A stretch of 64,000 nucleotides of DNA from Candidatus Saccharicenans subterraneus (GCA_003426165.1 QUAH01000008.1:23681-87680); one strand, 5' to 3'. Positions 30,203-40,832 are shown, numbered from the stretch's first letter. Numbers and translations: made by a program. Notes: a model not told the origin generated them from the letters alone.

Positions 30203-31573
30203 TCATTCTATCACTTTTCCCCTGAGCCCGGGGACCTCAGGGCCTTCAAGCAACCTGAGAATGGTCGGGGCTATATCCAGGATGTTGGCGTCTTGTTCCC
30301 GGCCGCCTTTTTTCTTCGGGTCATAGAGTATGTATATGCCCTCGTAATCATGAACGGCATCATCGGGCCCGGTGTCGTTCTCCTCAAGGTACATGGTGCC
30401 GTAACCTAGGGTCCCGGCCGAGCGCCAGTAGAGGTCGTCAAAATAGACCATCAGGTCTGGATATTCTCCGTTCAGCTCCGGGTAATGTTCCTGGGGCTTG
30501 ATGACCACGGTTTTCCATTCTTCACCCCGGGGACCACGAATGGCCCGGAGCCTTTCGGCCAGCTCGTCCCGGGCCGCTTCATAATCTTCCGGCCTTATTA
30601 TTCCCTGGGGCTCTCGTCCCTCCACGTTGAGGAAAATTCTGGCGTAATAACCGCCCCAGCCCCAGGCCCTGGTCCTGGTCCAGTCGATCTTCAGTTTGTC
30701 CACGCTCTCCCCGCGCTGCGGCGGCTCGGTGACCACCAGGTCGCCCTGTTCAATCAGCCAGTCGTTGACGCAGAAGGCGCCCTTCATTCTCTTGGCCCCG
30801 TGGTCGGAGACCACCAGCACCGCCGTCCGGTCATCAACTTTCTCCAGCAGCTGTCCGATTTTCTCATCCAGGAAACGGTAGTAATCGGGTATGACCGTTT
30901 CGTAGGGATTACCGGGTTCGTAGAGATGATGGTCCCGGTCCATGAACTTCCAGAAGGCATGGTGGACCCGGTCGACGCCAATTTCCACAAACCAGAACAG
31001 CGACCAGTTTTTATCCTGGAGAAGATAACCTATCACCTCAAAATGATTTTCGGTCATCTGGTAGATTTCTGACAGCACCTGGGACCGGTCTTCCGTTCTG
31101 AAAGTGACGTCAAACCTGAATGGCCCGAACCGCTCCTCAATTTCCTGGCGGAGCTCAGCCGGGTAGGTATAGGCCTGTTCGCTGGAAGGAGTGATAAAGC
31201 AGGAAATCAGCTTTCCCCGGACCGGCTTGGGCGGATAACTGGGCGGGACGCTCACCAGCACGCTCTCCCGGCCCTGCTCCCCGAGGTAATCCCAGACAGT
31301 TTTTTCTTTAACCGCGGTGGAGTTGGCAATCCACATCTTGTTGTATTCATAGCCACGGCGGTGCCTGAAGCCATAGAGCCCGAGCTGCCCGGGGTCCCGC
31401 CCGGTGGCCATGACCATCCAGGCCGGGATGGTGATGGGCGGGTCGCAGCTTCTGAGTTTTCCATGTATACCAGCATCCATGAGTTTTTTCAGGTTGGGGA
31501 GCTCGGCCACCCGGTCGAAAACCAGGGCCGGGGCCGCGCAATCAAGACCTATCACCAGAAGTCGCTTTTTCAT
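30203..31573 (-). CDS. Alkaline phosphatase superfamily protein (type I phosphodiesterase/nucleotide pyrophosphatase-like)
   Basis: VIGLDCA, PPITIPAW (Thr nucleophile), DRVHH, VSDHG, H near C-terminus, DIAPT. Confidence 0.85.
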   Translation of the reverse strand: MKKRLLVIGLDCAAPALVFDRVAELPNLKKLMDAGIHGKLRSCDPPITIPAWMVMATGRDPGQLGLYGFRHRRGYEYNKMWIANSTAVKEKTVWDYLGEQGRESVLVSVPPSYPPKPVRGKLISCFITPSSEQAYTYPAELRQEIEERFGPFRFDVTFRTEDRSQVLSEIYQMTENHFEVIGYLLQDKNWSLFWFVEIGVDRVHHAFWKFMDRDHHLYEPGNPYETVIPDYYRFLDEKIGQLLEKVDDRTAVLVVSDHGAKRMKGAFCVNDWLIEQGDLVVTEPPQRGESVDKLKIDWTRTRAWGWGGYYARIFLNVEGREPQGIIRPEDYEAARDELAERLRAIRGPRGEEWKTVVIKPQEHYPELNGEYPDLMVYFDDLYWRSAGTLGYGTMYLEENDTGPDDAVHDYEGIYILYDPKKKGGREQDANILDIAPTILRLLEGPEVPGLRGKVIE

Positions 31574-31612
31574 GAGGCAAATTCACCTTTCTGTTTGAAG
31601 TCTCTCCCGGCT

Positions 31613-32761
31613 CTAATCATTAAACGGGTTGTCAAAAGACAGGATGATTCTGGCCACTTCCGGCCGCATCAGTTCCGGCGGCGGGATTTCGCCCTTGACC
31701 AGCAGGTCCCGGATTCTCGTCCCGGAAAACTGGATATGGGACGAAGAATCGTGGGGACAGGTCTTTTCATTTTCGATGGAACCGCATTTCTTGCAGAAGA
31801 AGAATGACTTGAAAAAGAGCGGTACTATGCCCAGGTCCGGAAACTCCTCAAAGATTTCCTGGGCAGCATAGGGATGGTAATAATTCCCTACCCCGGCATG
31901 GTCACGGCCGATGATGATGTGGGTGCAACCGAAGTTCTTCCTGATGATGGCATGATGGATGGCTTCCCGCGGCCCGGCATAGCGCATCTCCATCTTCAGT
32001 ATAGCCATGACCGCTCGCTCCCTGAGGTAATAATGCCTGATGAGCTCCTCGTAGGATGCCAGTATCACCTCGTCCCGGAAATCACCCTTTTTCTTCCGGC
32101 CGATGACCGGGTTGATGAACAACCCGTCGGTAAAGGTCAGGGCCGCCTTCTGCACGTATTCATGGCCGAGGTGCGGGGTATTGCGGGTCTGAAAGCCGAC
32201 CACCGTCTTCCAGCCTTTTTCCCTGAACAGAATCCTGGTTTCCTTCGGGGACAGCCGGTAACGGTCATAGGGAGTTGGCTCCAGTTCCAGCAATTCCACC
32301 GGTCCTCCCAGGAGAACTTCCTTCATGGCCAGGACCCGGCCAACGCCAGGATGCCTGGGATCGGTGGTGCCGTAGACCTTCTGGCTGAATTCCTCCCGGT
32401 CGTATTCATACCTGTCTTCAACCATCAGCACCCCGACCGGCTTCATTTCTTCTGTCTTCAGCAGGACCTCCTGGCCCGGCTTGATTTTGCCGGCCAGTTC
32501 CCTGTCCACATCGATGACTATCGGAATGGTCCAGGGCAGGTCGTTAGATAGCCTCATCTGGTTGAGGACGCTGCGGAAATCAGCCCGGTTCAGGAACCCG
32601 GTCAGCGGTGAATAGACCCCGGTAGCAATGTTTTCCAGGTCAGAGACCAGGTCGGGGTCGATAACTATTGAAACCAGCTCGTCCGACCTGGACAGGATTT
32701 CAGCCTTTCGGCCAGGTTCGGCCAGGCGATTTACCAGTTGGCCGCCATGCGGTGGTATCAT
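31613..32761 (-). CDS. sat: Sulfate adenylyltransferase (Sat type)
   Basis: PPHGG, FQTRNTPHLGH, MRYAGPREA, GRDHAG, SGTRIR, RPEV. Confidence 0.97.
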   Translation of the reverse strand: MIPPHGGQLVNRLAEPGRKAEILSRSDELVSIVIDPDLVSDLENIATGVYSPLTGFLNRADFRSVLNQMRLSNDLPWTIPIVIDVDRELAGKIKPGQEVLLKTEEMKPVGVLMVEDRYEYDREEFSQKVYGTTDPRHPGVGRVLAMKEVLLGGPVELLELEPTPYDRYRLSPKETRILFREKGWKTVVGFQTRNTPHLGHEYVQKAALTFTDGLFINPVIGRKKKGDFRDEVILASYEELIRHYYLRERAVMAILKMEMRYAGPREAIHHAIIRKNFGCTHIIIGRDHAGVGNYYHPYAAQEIFEEFPDLGIVPLFFKSFFFCKKCGSIENEKTCPHDSSSHIQFSGTRIRDLLVKGEIPPPELMRPEVARIILSFDNPFND

Positions 32762-32804
32762 CGGGTACTCCTTTGGGTCGGGGATAAGAGAACCATTCAG
32801 CCTG

Positions 32805-33023
32805 TCAATCGATGTAACCCAGGGCTTTTAGCCTTTCCTTGATCTTTTCCTCTTCCTCGGCGCTGAAAACTTCCTTGTTTTCCTCGTTCTTCGAAAGGCT
32901 TTCCCTGAGCACCTTGGTCACGTAGCTGGAGACCGAGCTGAATTCGGTTCCCTTGATCTTTTCTTCTATTTTTTTATAGAGAGAGGTTGGTATGGAGACC
33001 GGGGTAAACTCTTTTTCCATCAT
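32805..33023 (-). CDS. Small ribbon-helix-helix (CopG-like) protein with C-terminal ERLKALGY motif
   Basis: TPVSIPTSLYKKIEEKI...FSSVSSYVTKVLRE (beta-alpha-alpha pattern); AGGAGG RBS. Confidence 0.8.
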   Translation of the reverse strand: MMEKEFTPVSIPTSLYKKIEEKIKGTEFSSVSSYVTKVLRESLSKNEENKEVFSAEEEEKIKERLKALGYID

Positions 33024-33038
33024 TCCTCCTGAGATGAT

Positions 33039-33067
33039 TTTATATAACAGAACCGCCGGTTTTTCAA
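33039..33067 (-). promoter_or_regulatory. Putative promoter of the RHH-sat operon with a palindrome in the spacer
   Basis: Minus strand TTGAAA-17 nt-TATAAA; AACCG-C-CGGTT at 33051-33061. Confidence 0.5.
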
Positions 33068-33261
33068 CCTTTAAGGCCAGGCCAACCCTGGCCAGATGAA
33101 TGTCATCTTTCCAGTTTCAGGATAGTATAGTAATGAGGCTGGCCGGACAAACTTATAAGCCCATTCCGTTAGCCGGAAACCTATCCTTTGCCTTGAGCCG
33201 GGCACATGGGCTTGACATGAAAAAAAAAAGTGCTAAGAGAAAATTAAAAGGGTTCCCAAAT

Positions 33262-34236
33262 ATGGGCTCAAGAGGGTGGCTGTTTTTATTTATAACCATT
33301 CTCTCTTTATCCCTATTTACCTGTAAACCTGAGTCTACTGGAACCTCAAAGGACAAGATACTCCCCACAAAGCTGCCCGGCCTTCGAGTGAGCGACATCT
33401 CTGGTCGGACGTATTCATTGAAAAGAGACTTTAGGGACAGGCCCATTCTTATATTATTTTTAGATCCCGATGTGGAAAGCAATATGGGTATCTTGGAAAA
33501 GGTCTTAAATGATCTTAATGACCTGAAAGTCGCTGTCGTCGTATCCGCAGATAAGATCGAAACCGTGCTCGCCCAGAAATTCGCTTCAGCCCTGTACTTC
33601 TTAGCAGGCCCCTATGATAAAATTATAAGAAAATTTGGGGCTCCCCAGTATCAAAGTTCTTTTTATATCTTTTCCAACAAGGGGAATCTCCTTTATAGGG
33701 GTCTCATTGGCAACAGATATGAAACCCATCTCAAGAAATTTATCAATCATTACATAAAAAATATTAAGTTCGAGGTTCACGAATTATTGCCTCCCGGCCA
33801 TAGTTTGAAAGGAGATTTGGAATTCAAGAATATAGAATGCATTGCTGGCTCAACAAAAAGATATTTCCTTGGCGCTCTTTTCATAAATTTTTGTGATTCA
33901 TGTCTGGGAGGGCAAATACTGGCTTTATTTAAAGAAATATTGGATAAGTACCCCGATCATATAAGCTGTTTTATGGTCCTTAAGGATAGGATGAATGGCC
34001 AGGATTTAAGGAACCTTGTTACACAAGCCAACATCCCATTTCCGGTGCTCTTTGCTCCCCCTGAATTAAGAGCTCGATGGGATATGCTGGCAACTAGATA
34101 TTCAGAGAGTGAACTTAATGAATTGACTGTAATGCTCGACAGCCGGGGAGTTATTTTAAGATCGTGGGGACCCGAGATGCAGCAAATAAGCGAGTTGCGT
34201 GCCTTCATTAATTCAGTTCTTGAGCGGGAAAGATAA
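33262..34236 (+). CDS. Putative lipoprotein with thioredoxin/redoxin-like domains (AT-rich)
   Basis: Hydrophobic leader ending LFTC, LPGLRVSDISGRTYSL redoxin-like start, FCDSC in the second half; start at ATG 33262 inferred. Confidence 0.55.
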   Translation: MGSRGWLFLFITILSLSLFTCKPESTGTSKDKILPTKLPGLRVSDISGRTYSLKRDFRDRPILILFLDPDVESNMGILEKVLNDLNDLKVAVVVSADKIETVLAQKFASALYFLAGPYDKIIRKFGAPQYQSSFYIFSNKGNLLYRGLIGNRYETHLKKFINHYIKNIKFEVHELLPPGHSLKGDLEFKNIECIAGSTKRYFLGALFINFCDSCLGGQILALFKEILDKYPDHISCFMVLKDRMNGQDLRNLVTQANIPFPVLFAPPELRARWDMLATRYSESELNELTVMLDSRGVILRSWGPEMQQISELRAFINSVLERER

Positions 34237-34238
34237 AC

Positions 34239-35345
34239 ATGAAGAAAATCAGACCACATCTCGTTCCACCATTATTTATTTGTCTTCTCCTTGCAGGTCT
34301 TAGTCTGACCCCCTTCCAAGGCCAAGAACACTTCGTAAATGAAAGGAAAAAAATACTTAAAGAGTTGAAGGTCTGGATGGAAAAAAAATACCCTGATAAA
34401 TGTAAGCCTCTATATCTGAACAGAACCATTCCCCTGGAGTCAGCTTCCAAGTCACCAGAAATATTATTTAAGGGCGTAACAACTCTTTCTTGGAGTACAA
34501 GTGGACATTTGATATTGCCCGATTCAATTCTAAATTTTATCTATATTATGGATCGTCATGGAAACATCACCCGAAAAGTTGGCAAGCCGGGTCAGGGGCC
34601 TGGCGAGCTGATGCAGCCCGTAAAGGCCTTCTCCGGCGATGGACTGCTTCAGGTGCTGGAACTTGGAAACATGCGTATTCAATCGTTCGATGAAAACGGT
34701 AACCATCTTAATAGCTTCAGGTTATTTAGGTTCTACACATCAATGGAACGCACAAATGACGGATTATTCTTTGGTGCCCCTGCCTTTCACCAGACGTCAA
34801 CTGGGCTAGTAGATTTGTTAACAGACAAAGGAGAACTTCTGGCAACTTTTGGAGACTGCCTTAATTATAGCTCAGACAACAAGAACTTTAATCTGGATAA
34901 CTCTATTGTTATCTCTGTCAGTGATGCCGGGGACCTCTGGGTGGCCTTTAAGCATTATCCGATCATACGCAGATATTCAAAAAGGGGCGAACTTCTCACA
35001 GAATTTCATATTGATCATCCGATCATGAATCGTCAGGCTGCAGCCAATAGAAAAGGAGAGGTTCTACTCACCAACCAGAGAGCACAGGCTCGCATCATTG
35101 TAATAAACGCCATAAGAAGTTTCGAAAATAATATTTACATTTTGCGAACTCACCCCTGCCTGGAAATCATGGCCCTTGACCTAAACGGAAACATCAGTGC
35201 GATCTATTACTGGAGTGAAGACCTATCCTATTCAAGTCTCGATTTTCTCCTGAGAAGAGAAGGAGAAAGAATCGAGTTTTATGTCCTGAATCTTGAATCT
35301 CAAAAAATAGATATTTTTAACCATCTCAGAGAAATAAGTTCTTAA
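34239..35345 (+). CDS. Exported 6-bladed beta-propeller (NHL-like) protein (AT-rich)
   Basis: Signal peptide, VGKPGQGPGEL..P, NMRIQSFDENG, IRRYSKRGEL NHL-type motifs. Confidence 0.7.
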   Translation: MKKIRPHLVPPLFICLLLAGLSLTPFQGQEHFVNERKKILKELKVWMEKKYPDKCKPLYLNRTIPLESASKSPEILFKGVTTLSWSTSGHLILPDSILNFIYIMDRHGNITRKVGKPGQGPGELMQPVKAFSGDGLLQVLELGNMRIQSFDENGNHLNSFRLFRFYTSMERTNDGLFFGAPAFHQTSTGLVDLLTDKGELLATFGDCLNYSSDNKNFNLDNSIVISVSDAGDLWVAFKHYPIIRRYSKRGELLTEFHIDHPIMNRQAAANRKGEVLLTNQRAQARIIVINAIRSFENNIYILRTHPCLEIMALDLNGNISAIYYWSEDLSYSSLDFLLRREGERIEFYVLNLESQKIDIFNHLREISS

Positions 35346-35777
35346 CTCAACCTTGTCTTTCCTTCCGACCTTGATCTGATTCCCCCACAAAAACAATTTG
35401 ACTCTCTGCCCGAAGACGAAATCTTGGCTCCCTTGCTCATTTTTCAAATTCATAAACAAGCCGGGATATAACGATCGTTCAAGGTCCAGGCCACCTCTAT
35501 CCGCGGTCATAATATTTAACGCTCAATCTACCACCTGGCCGCTCCCAGGTCCTCCCCTCTGCCCGGACATCATCCCTGCGCTAACTGGCCGAGGCCCGGG
35601 CCAAATTATTCAAGCTTAGGAAACAAGCTCAGAATTATTGCCTCGGAAAGCATCTCCTAACCGCTACCCGGCCACCGGTAATAAGATTGGTCTTTTTGAA
35701 AGGAGGAAAAATTGAAAAAGGCCCCTCCTGCCAACCTATCTATTAAATGGCAGGTTTAAGCGGAAAAAAGGGTTGTC

Positions 35778-35806
35778 TTGACAAAAAAAACCGCACGTGG
35801 TTTAAT
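35778..35806 (+). promoter_or_regulatory. Putative sigma70 promoter for the phoH operon
   Basis: TTGACA-17 nt-TTTAAT. Confidence 0.5.
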
Positions 35807-35867
35807 TTTGATACCTGAAGAGCTGATATGTACTCCAGAATGGACAGAGGTCAAGCCATCCCATAAA

Positions 35868-36812
<945 letters not shown>

Positions 36813-36818
36813 TTCCAG

Positions 36819-39197
36819 ATGAAAACCATCCAGTTCCGCAAGTTCCGGCTATTTAAGAGCGAGGAAATCTTTCCGCCACGGAAGAAAAAGGAAGCCGGCC
36901 CCCAGGAGAAGGTTGCCTGGTATAAAAAGATAATACAGAGTCCCATTTTTTACATAATTTTTTTTGCGGCCATAATCTCGTTTTTTATCTCCTATTTCCC
37001 GGCCAGGCCCCTGCCCACAATCAAGCCCGGAGAAATTGCCAGCAAGGATATAATTTCACCGCTGGAGATAACGGTGGAGGACAGCCAGGCCACCGACCGT
37101 CGCCGGGAACAGGCCGAGTCCACCATTCCCCCGGTCTATTTTTATAACCAGAAGATAGTCGCGGTAACCCGCGAAAAAATCAGGCAGTTTTTTGAAAGCG
37201 GCCGGGCCTGGCAGAGCGCAGCTCCGGCCCTCAGCCTGAAAGACCTGCAGAAGAACCTGTCTGAAAACCTCGGCCTGGACATAGACGAGGCCACCCTGAA
37301 CAACCTGGCCAGGTTGCGCTTCCCCCAGGAACTGGAACAGTTGCTGGCCGAAACCCTGGCCCCGGTCCTGTCAAAGGAAATCATTCTGTCACGAAGCCTG
37401 CTCAGCCATGGTGAACCGGAAAAAGGCCTGCTGGTGGTCAGGGGAAAGGAAGAAAAACTGCTCAAAGCAGCCGAAATCCTGGAGCTGAGGGAAGCCCGGG
37501 CCCAGCTGGTTTCTGAAATAAACGCCCTGGAACTCCCGGCCCGCACCCGGAACCTGTTGAAGGCCCTGGCTCCAGCCTTTCTGGCCCCGACCATCAATTA
37601 CGACGCCCCGGAAACGGAAATCCGCCGGCTCAAGGCCAGAAACCAGGTGGAGCCGGTTTACTACACCATCAAAAAAGGAAAGGTTATCATCAGGAAGGGC
37701 GACGAAGCCACTCCCGAGGTCATCCGGCAGATTGCCATAATCAATCAAAAAATAAGCAGCCAGCCGCACTGGTTGATCAATTTTGCCGGGCTGCTGGTCC
37801 TGTACTCCATCATCTTCTTCTTCATCTGGAATTTCATTGTCTACGTCACCGGGGATGACAAGCAACTCCGCCTGCTGCAGATGATGGGGTTGACCCTCTT
37901 CCTGGGTTTTGTGGCCTACAAGTCCAGCCTGTTCATCGCCGAGGCTCTGGGGGCCTCGGTCTCGGTCCTCAACGTCGATAAAGAGGCCCTGGTCTTCGGC
38001 TTCCCCTTCCAGTTCGGAACCTTTATCTTTGCCCTCCTGACCAGGAGCGAAATCGCGGTCATCTACTGCGTGATAAATAGCCTGCTGGCCGGGTACCTGC
38101 TCAGCGGCGACTACTTCCTGGTGCTCTTTGTCTTGCTGGGAGGGATCGCCGCCATCTACGGCCTCAGGTACTACCTGGCTTCCAGCCGCAGCTCGATCCT
38201 CAAGACCGGGTTGATGGTCCTGGCCCCCTTCCAGGTCATCATGGTCCTGATCTTTCACCTGGTCAGGCAGACCTTTTCCAACCTGACCGGACTGGCCACC
38301 GAGCTGTTCAGCGCCATCTTCGGCGGCCTGGTCAGCGCTGCCATCGCCTTTGTCCTCGTCCCCGTTTTTGAAAGCATCTTCGGCTTCATCACGGCCACCA
38401 AGCTGCACGAGCTGACCAACTCCGACCTGCCGATTTTCAGGCAGCTGGCCCTGGAAGCCCCGGGGACCTACCATCACTCGCTGATCGTGGCCACCCTGGC
38501 CGAAAAAGCCGCCGAAAAGATCAACGCCAACGCCATGCTGGTCAAGGCCGGCGGCCTTTACCATGATATCGGCAAGGTCAAGAGACCGGAATATTTCAGC
38601 GAGAACCAGACTTCCCCTTTTGATGTTCACCGGGAGCTAACTCCCTCGCTGAGCACCCTGGTCATCGTCAACCATGTCAAGGACGGCATTGACCTGGCCC
38701 GGAAACTGAAGCTGCCCCGCCAGTTGACCGACCTGATTGCCCAGCACCACGGGACCTCCATCGTCCGTTATTTCTTCCAGAAAGCCAAGGAGAAATACGA
38801 CCCGGAGCTGCACAAGATAGAGGCCGAGGATTACCGCTACCAGGGGCCGACCCCCAGGAGCAAGGAAGCCGGTTTGATTCTCCTGGCCGACTCGGTGGAA
38901 GCGGCCGCCCGCAGCCTGCGTTCCCCCACCAGGCAGAACCTCAAGAGGGTCATCACCGAAATTTTTAATACCCACCTTCAGGACGGGCAGCTCGACGATT
39001 GCGGCTTTTCCCTCAAGGACCTGCGGGTCATCGCCAATTCCTTCCTGATCACCCTGGACGCCATCTACCATCCGCGACCCAAGTATCCCGGTTTCGATTT
39101 TGAAAAAAAGATAGAAAAGAAAGAGGAAAATAAAAAGAACAATGGTCGTAATAATAAACAAGCTGAAGAAAAACCCGGTCCCTCCGAAAAGACTTAA
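36819..39197 (+). CDS. 7TM-HD phosphohydrolase (PgpH-like, probable cyclic-di-AMP phosphodiesterase)
   Basis: Large extracytoplasmic domain, about 7 TM helices, APGTYHHS, YHDIGK, HHGT, LADSVEAA. Confidence 0.9.
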   Translation: MKTIQFRKFRLFKSEEIFPPRKKKEAGPQEKVAWYKKIIQSPIFYIIFFAAIISFFISYFPARPLPTIKPGEIASKDIISPLEITVEDSQATDRRREQAESTIPPVYFYNQKIVAVTREKIRQFFESGRAWQSAAPALSLKDLQKNLSENLGLDIDEATLNNLARLRFPQELEQLLAETLAPVLSKEIILSRSLLSHGEPEKGLLVVRGKEEKLLKAAEILELREARAQLVSEINALELPARTRNLLKALAPAFLAPTINYDAPETEIRRLKARNQVEPVYYTIKKGKVIIRKGDEATPEVIRQIAIINQKISSQPHWLINFAGLLVLYSIIFFFIWNFIVYVTGDDKQLRLLQMMGLTLFLGFVAYKSSLFIAEALGASVSVLNVDKEALVFGFPFQFGTFIFALLTRSEIAVIYCVINSLLAGYLLSGDYFLVLFVLLGGIAAIYGLRYYLASSRSSILKTGLMVLAPFQVIMVLIFHLVRQTFSNLTGLATELFSAIFGGLVSAAIAFVLVPVFESIFGFITATKLHELTNSDLPIFRQLALEAPGTYHHSLIVATLAEKAAEKINANAMLVKAGGLYHDIGKVKRPEYFSENQTSPFDVHRELTPSLSTLVIVNHVKDGIDLARKLKLPRQLTDLIAQHHGTSIVRYFFQKAKEKYDPELHKIEAEDYRYQGPTPRSKEAGLILLADSVEAAARSLRSPTRQNLKRVITEIFNTHLQDGQLDDCGFSLKDLRVIANSFLITLDAIYHPRPKYPGFDFEKKIEKKEENKKNNGRNNKQAEEKPGPSEKT

Positions 39198-39573
39198 GAG
39201 CCTGCTGCAGCAGCTCGGCCGTCGCTACCGTGTGGGCCGAGCCGAGGTGGTTCTGACCCTGGTCGGGCCCCGGGCCATCCGTTCCCTGAACCGGAAATAC
39301 CGGCATAAGGACCGCCCGACCGATGTCCTGAGCTTCAGCCTTAAGGAAAAGGGGCCGGACGGGAAATTCTACCTGGGGGACATCATCATCTGCCCCGAGG
39401 TAGCCCGAAAACAGGCCCATAAACAGGGTCACTCGCTTCTGCGGGAAATTGAAATCCTGACAATCCACGGTTTCCTTCACCTCCTGGGGTTCGAGCATTT
39501 CAAAGGGATGGAAGAAGAGGAAGCCAGGGTACGCCCCCGCTTGCTGAAAAATTACCGGGGGGATAAGAGCTGA
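39142..39573 (+). CDS. ybeY: rRNA maturation endoribonuclease YbeY
   Basis: LNRKYR..DRPTDVLSF, LGDIII, HGFLHLLGFEH. Confidence 0.93.
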   Translation: MVVIINKLKKNPVPPKRLKSLLQQLGRRYRVGRAEVVLTLVGPRAIRSLNRKYRHKDRPTDVLSFSLKEKGPDGKFYLGDIIICPEVARKQAHKQGHSLLREIEILTIHGFLHLLGFEHFKGMEEEEARVRPRLLKNYRGDKS

Positions 39574-39577
39574 AACC

Positions 39578-40831
39578 ATGAGCCAGTCGGATTTCCTGTT
39601 GGTCGGACTGATACTGAGTTTTCTTCTGACCTTTATTTTGTCTTTCCTGAACGTGATCTTTACGACCTATTCCCGGATAGGCTTCTCCCGGATACTCGAA
39701 GAAAACAGCCCCCTGAAAGAAGAAATCCTCGAGCACTACGACGAGCTCAAGATTGCCATAGACTATGGACGGATTGCCTTCCTTCTGGCTTTTGTAATTT
39801 ACACCAGCCTGGTTTTTCCCGGCCTGGCCGGCTGGCCCTTCTGGGGTTTCCTGCTGTTCCTCGCCCTGTACCTGCTTTTGTTTGATTACCTTCCCCGGTT
39901 GTTCCTGCTGGCCCTCGGGGAAAAACACCTTAGATTTTTCCTGCCGGTTCTATTCCCGGTCAAGTTCATCCTGGCTCCCCTGCTGCTGCTGCCCAGGATT
40001 TTCCTTAGAAGAGAGGAAGAGCGCCAGGCGGCCTGGAGAACGCACGAAACCACCGAGGAAGAAATTGAGACCTTTATCGACGAGGCCACCGAAGAGGGCA
40101 TCATCGAGAAGGACCAGAATGAACTGCTGAGGGGAGTGGTGGAATTTGGCGACCAGATGGTCCGGGAAATCATGACCCCCCGGAGCCGGGTGGTGGCCGT
40201 GGACATCGAAACAACCGTGGGCCAGCTCAAGGAAGTCTTCGTCCGGGAAAAATACTCGAGAATCCCGGTCTACCGCGAGCGCCTGGATAACATCCAGGGC
40301 ATGGTCATGGCCAAGGACCTGCTGGAATTCAGCGACCAGGAGCAGGCCGGGAGGAAGATAGACTTCCTGGTAAGGCCGGTGATGTTTGTCCCGGAAACCA
40401 TGGCCGTCAATAGGCTCCTTAAGGAATTCAAGAAGGTCAAGCAGAAACTGGCCATCGTGGTCGACGAGTATGGCGGAGTATCCGGCCTGGTGACCATGGA
40501 AGACCTGCTGGAGGAGATAGTCGGCGAAATCCAGGATGAATACGACACCGAGGAACCGCAGATCGTGGCCGAAAAGCCGGACACCTACCTGGTCCAGGGC
40601 GAAACCGAGGTGGAAGACCTGGAAGAACTGCTGGGCAGCGAGCTCTCGGACGAGAACCTGCTGACCATAAACGGGTTGCTCCAGCAACACCTGGGCCGGT
40701 TGCCCCGCCCCGGCGAAAAGCTGGAGCTGGCCGGACTCGGCTTTGAAATTTTGGAAGTAGACGACAAGAGCATCAGGAAAGTTCGGGTAACCCGGAAGCG
40801 AGCTGACAACCAGACTGAAAAGGGAGAGTGA
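39578..40831 (+). CDS. Hemolysin/CNNM family protein (TM domain, CBS pair, CorC domain)
   Basis: VREIMTPR, YSRIPVY, VVDEYGGVSGLVTMEDLLEEIVGEIQDEYD. Confidence 0.9.
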   Translation: MSQSDFLLVGLILSFLLTFILSFLNVIFTTYSRIGFSRILEENSPLKEEILEHYDELKIAIDYGRIAFLLAFVIYTSLVFPGLAGWPFWGFLLFLALYLLLFDYLPRLFLLALGEKHLRFFLPVLFPVKFILAPLLLLPRIFLRREEERQAAWRTHETTEEEIETFIDEATEEGIIEKDQNELLRGVVEFGDQMVREIMTPRSRVVAVDIETTVGQLKEVFVREKYSRIPVYRERLDNIQGMVMAKDLLEFSDQEQAGRKIDFLVRPVMFVPETMAVNRLLKEFKKVKQKLAIVVDEYGGVSGLVTMEDLLEEIVGEIQDEYDTEEPQIVAEKPDTYLVQGETEVEDLEELLGSELSDENLLTINGLLQQHLGRLPRPGEKLELAGLGFEILEVDDKSIRKVRVTRKRADNQTEKGE

Positions 40832-40832
40832 A

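Noticed and set aside
29578-32761. Dissimilatory sulfate reduction locus
   Set aside because: No aprAB, qmo or dsr genes; sat is paired with APS kinase, indicating PAPS synthesis
35398-35619. 73-aa ORF as a precursor peptide for the AT-rich islet
   Set aside because: TTG start, no RBS, no signal or leader features
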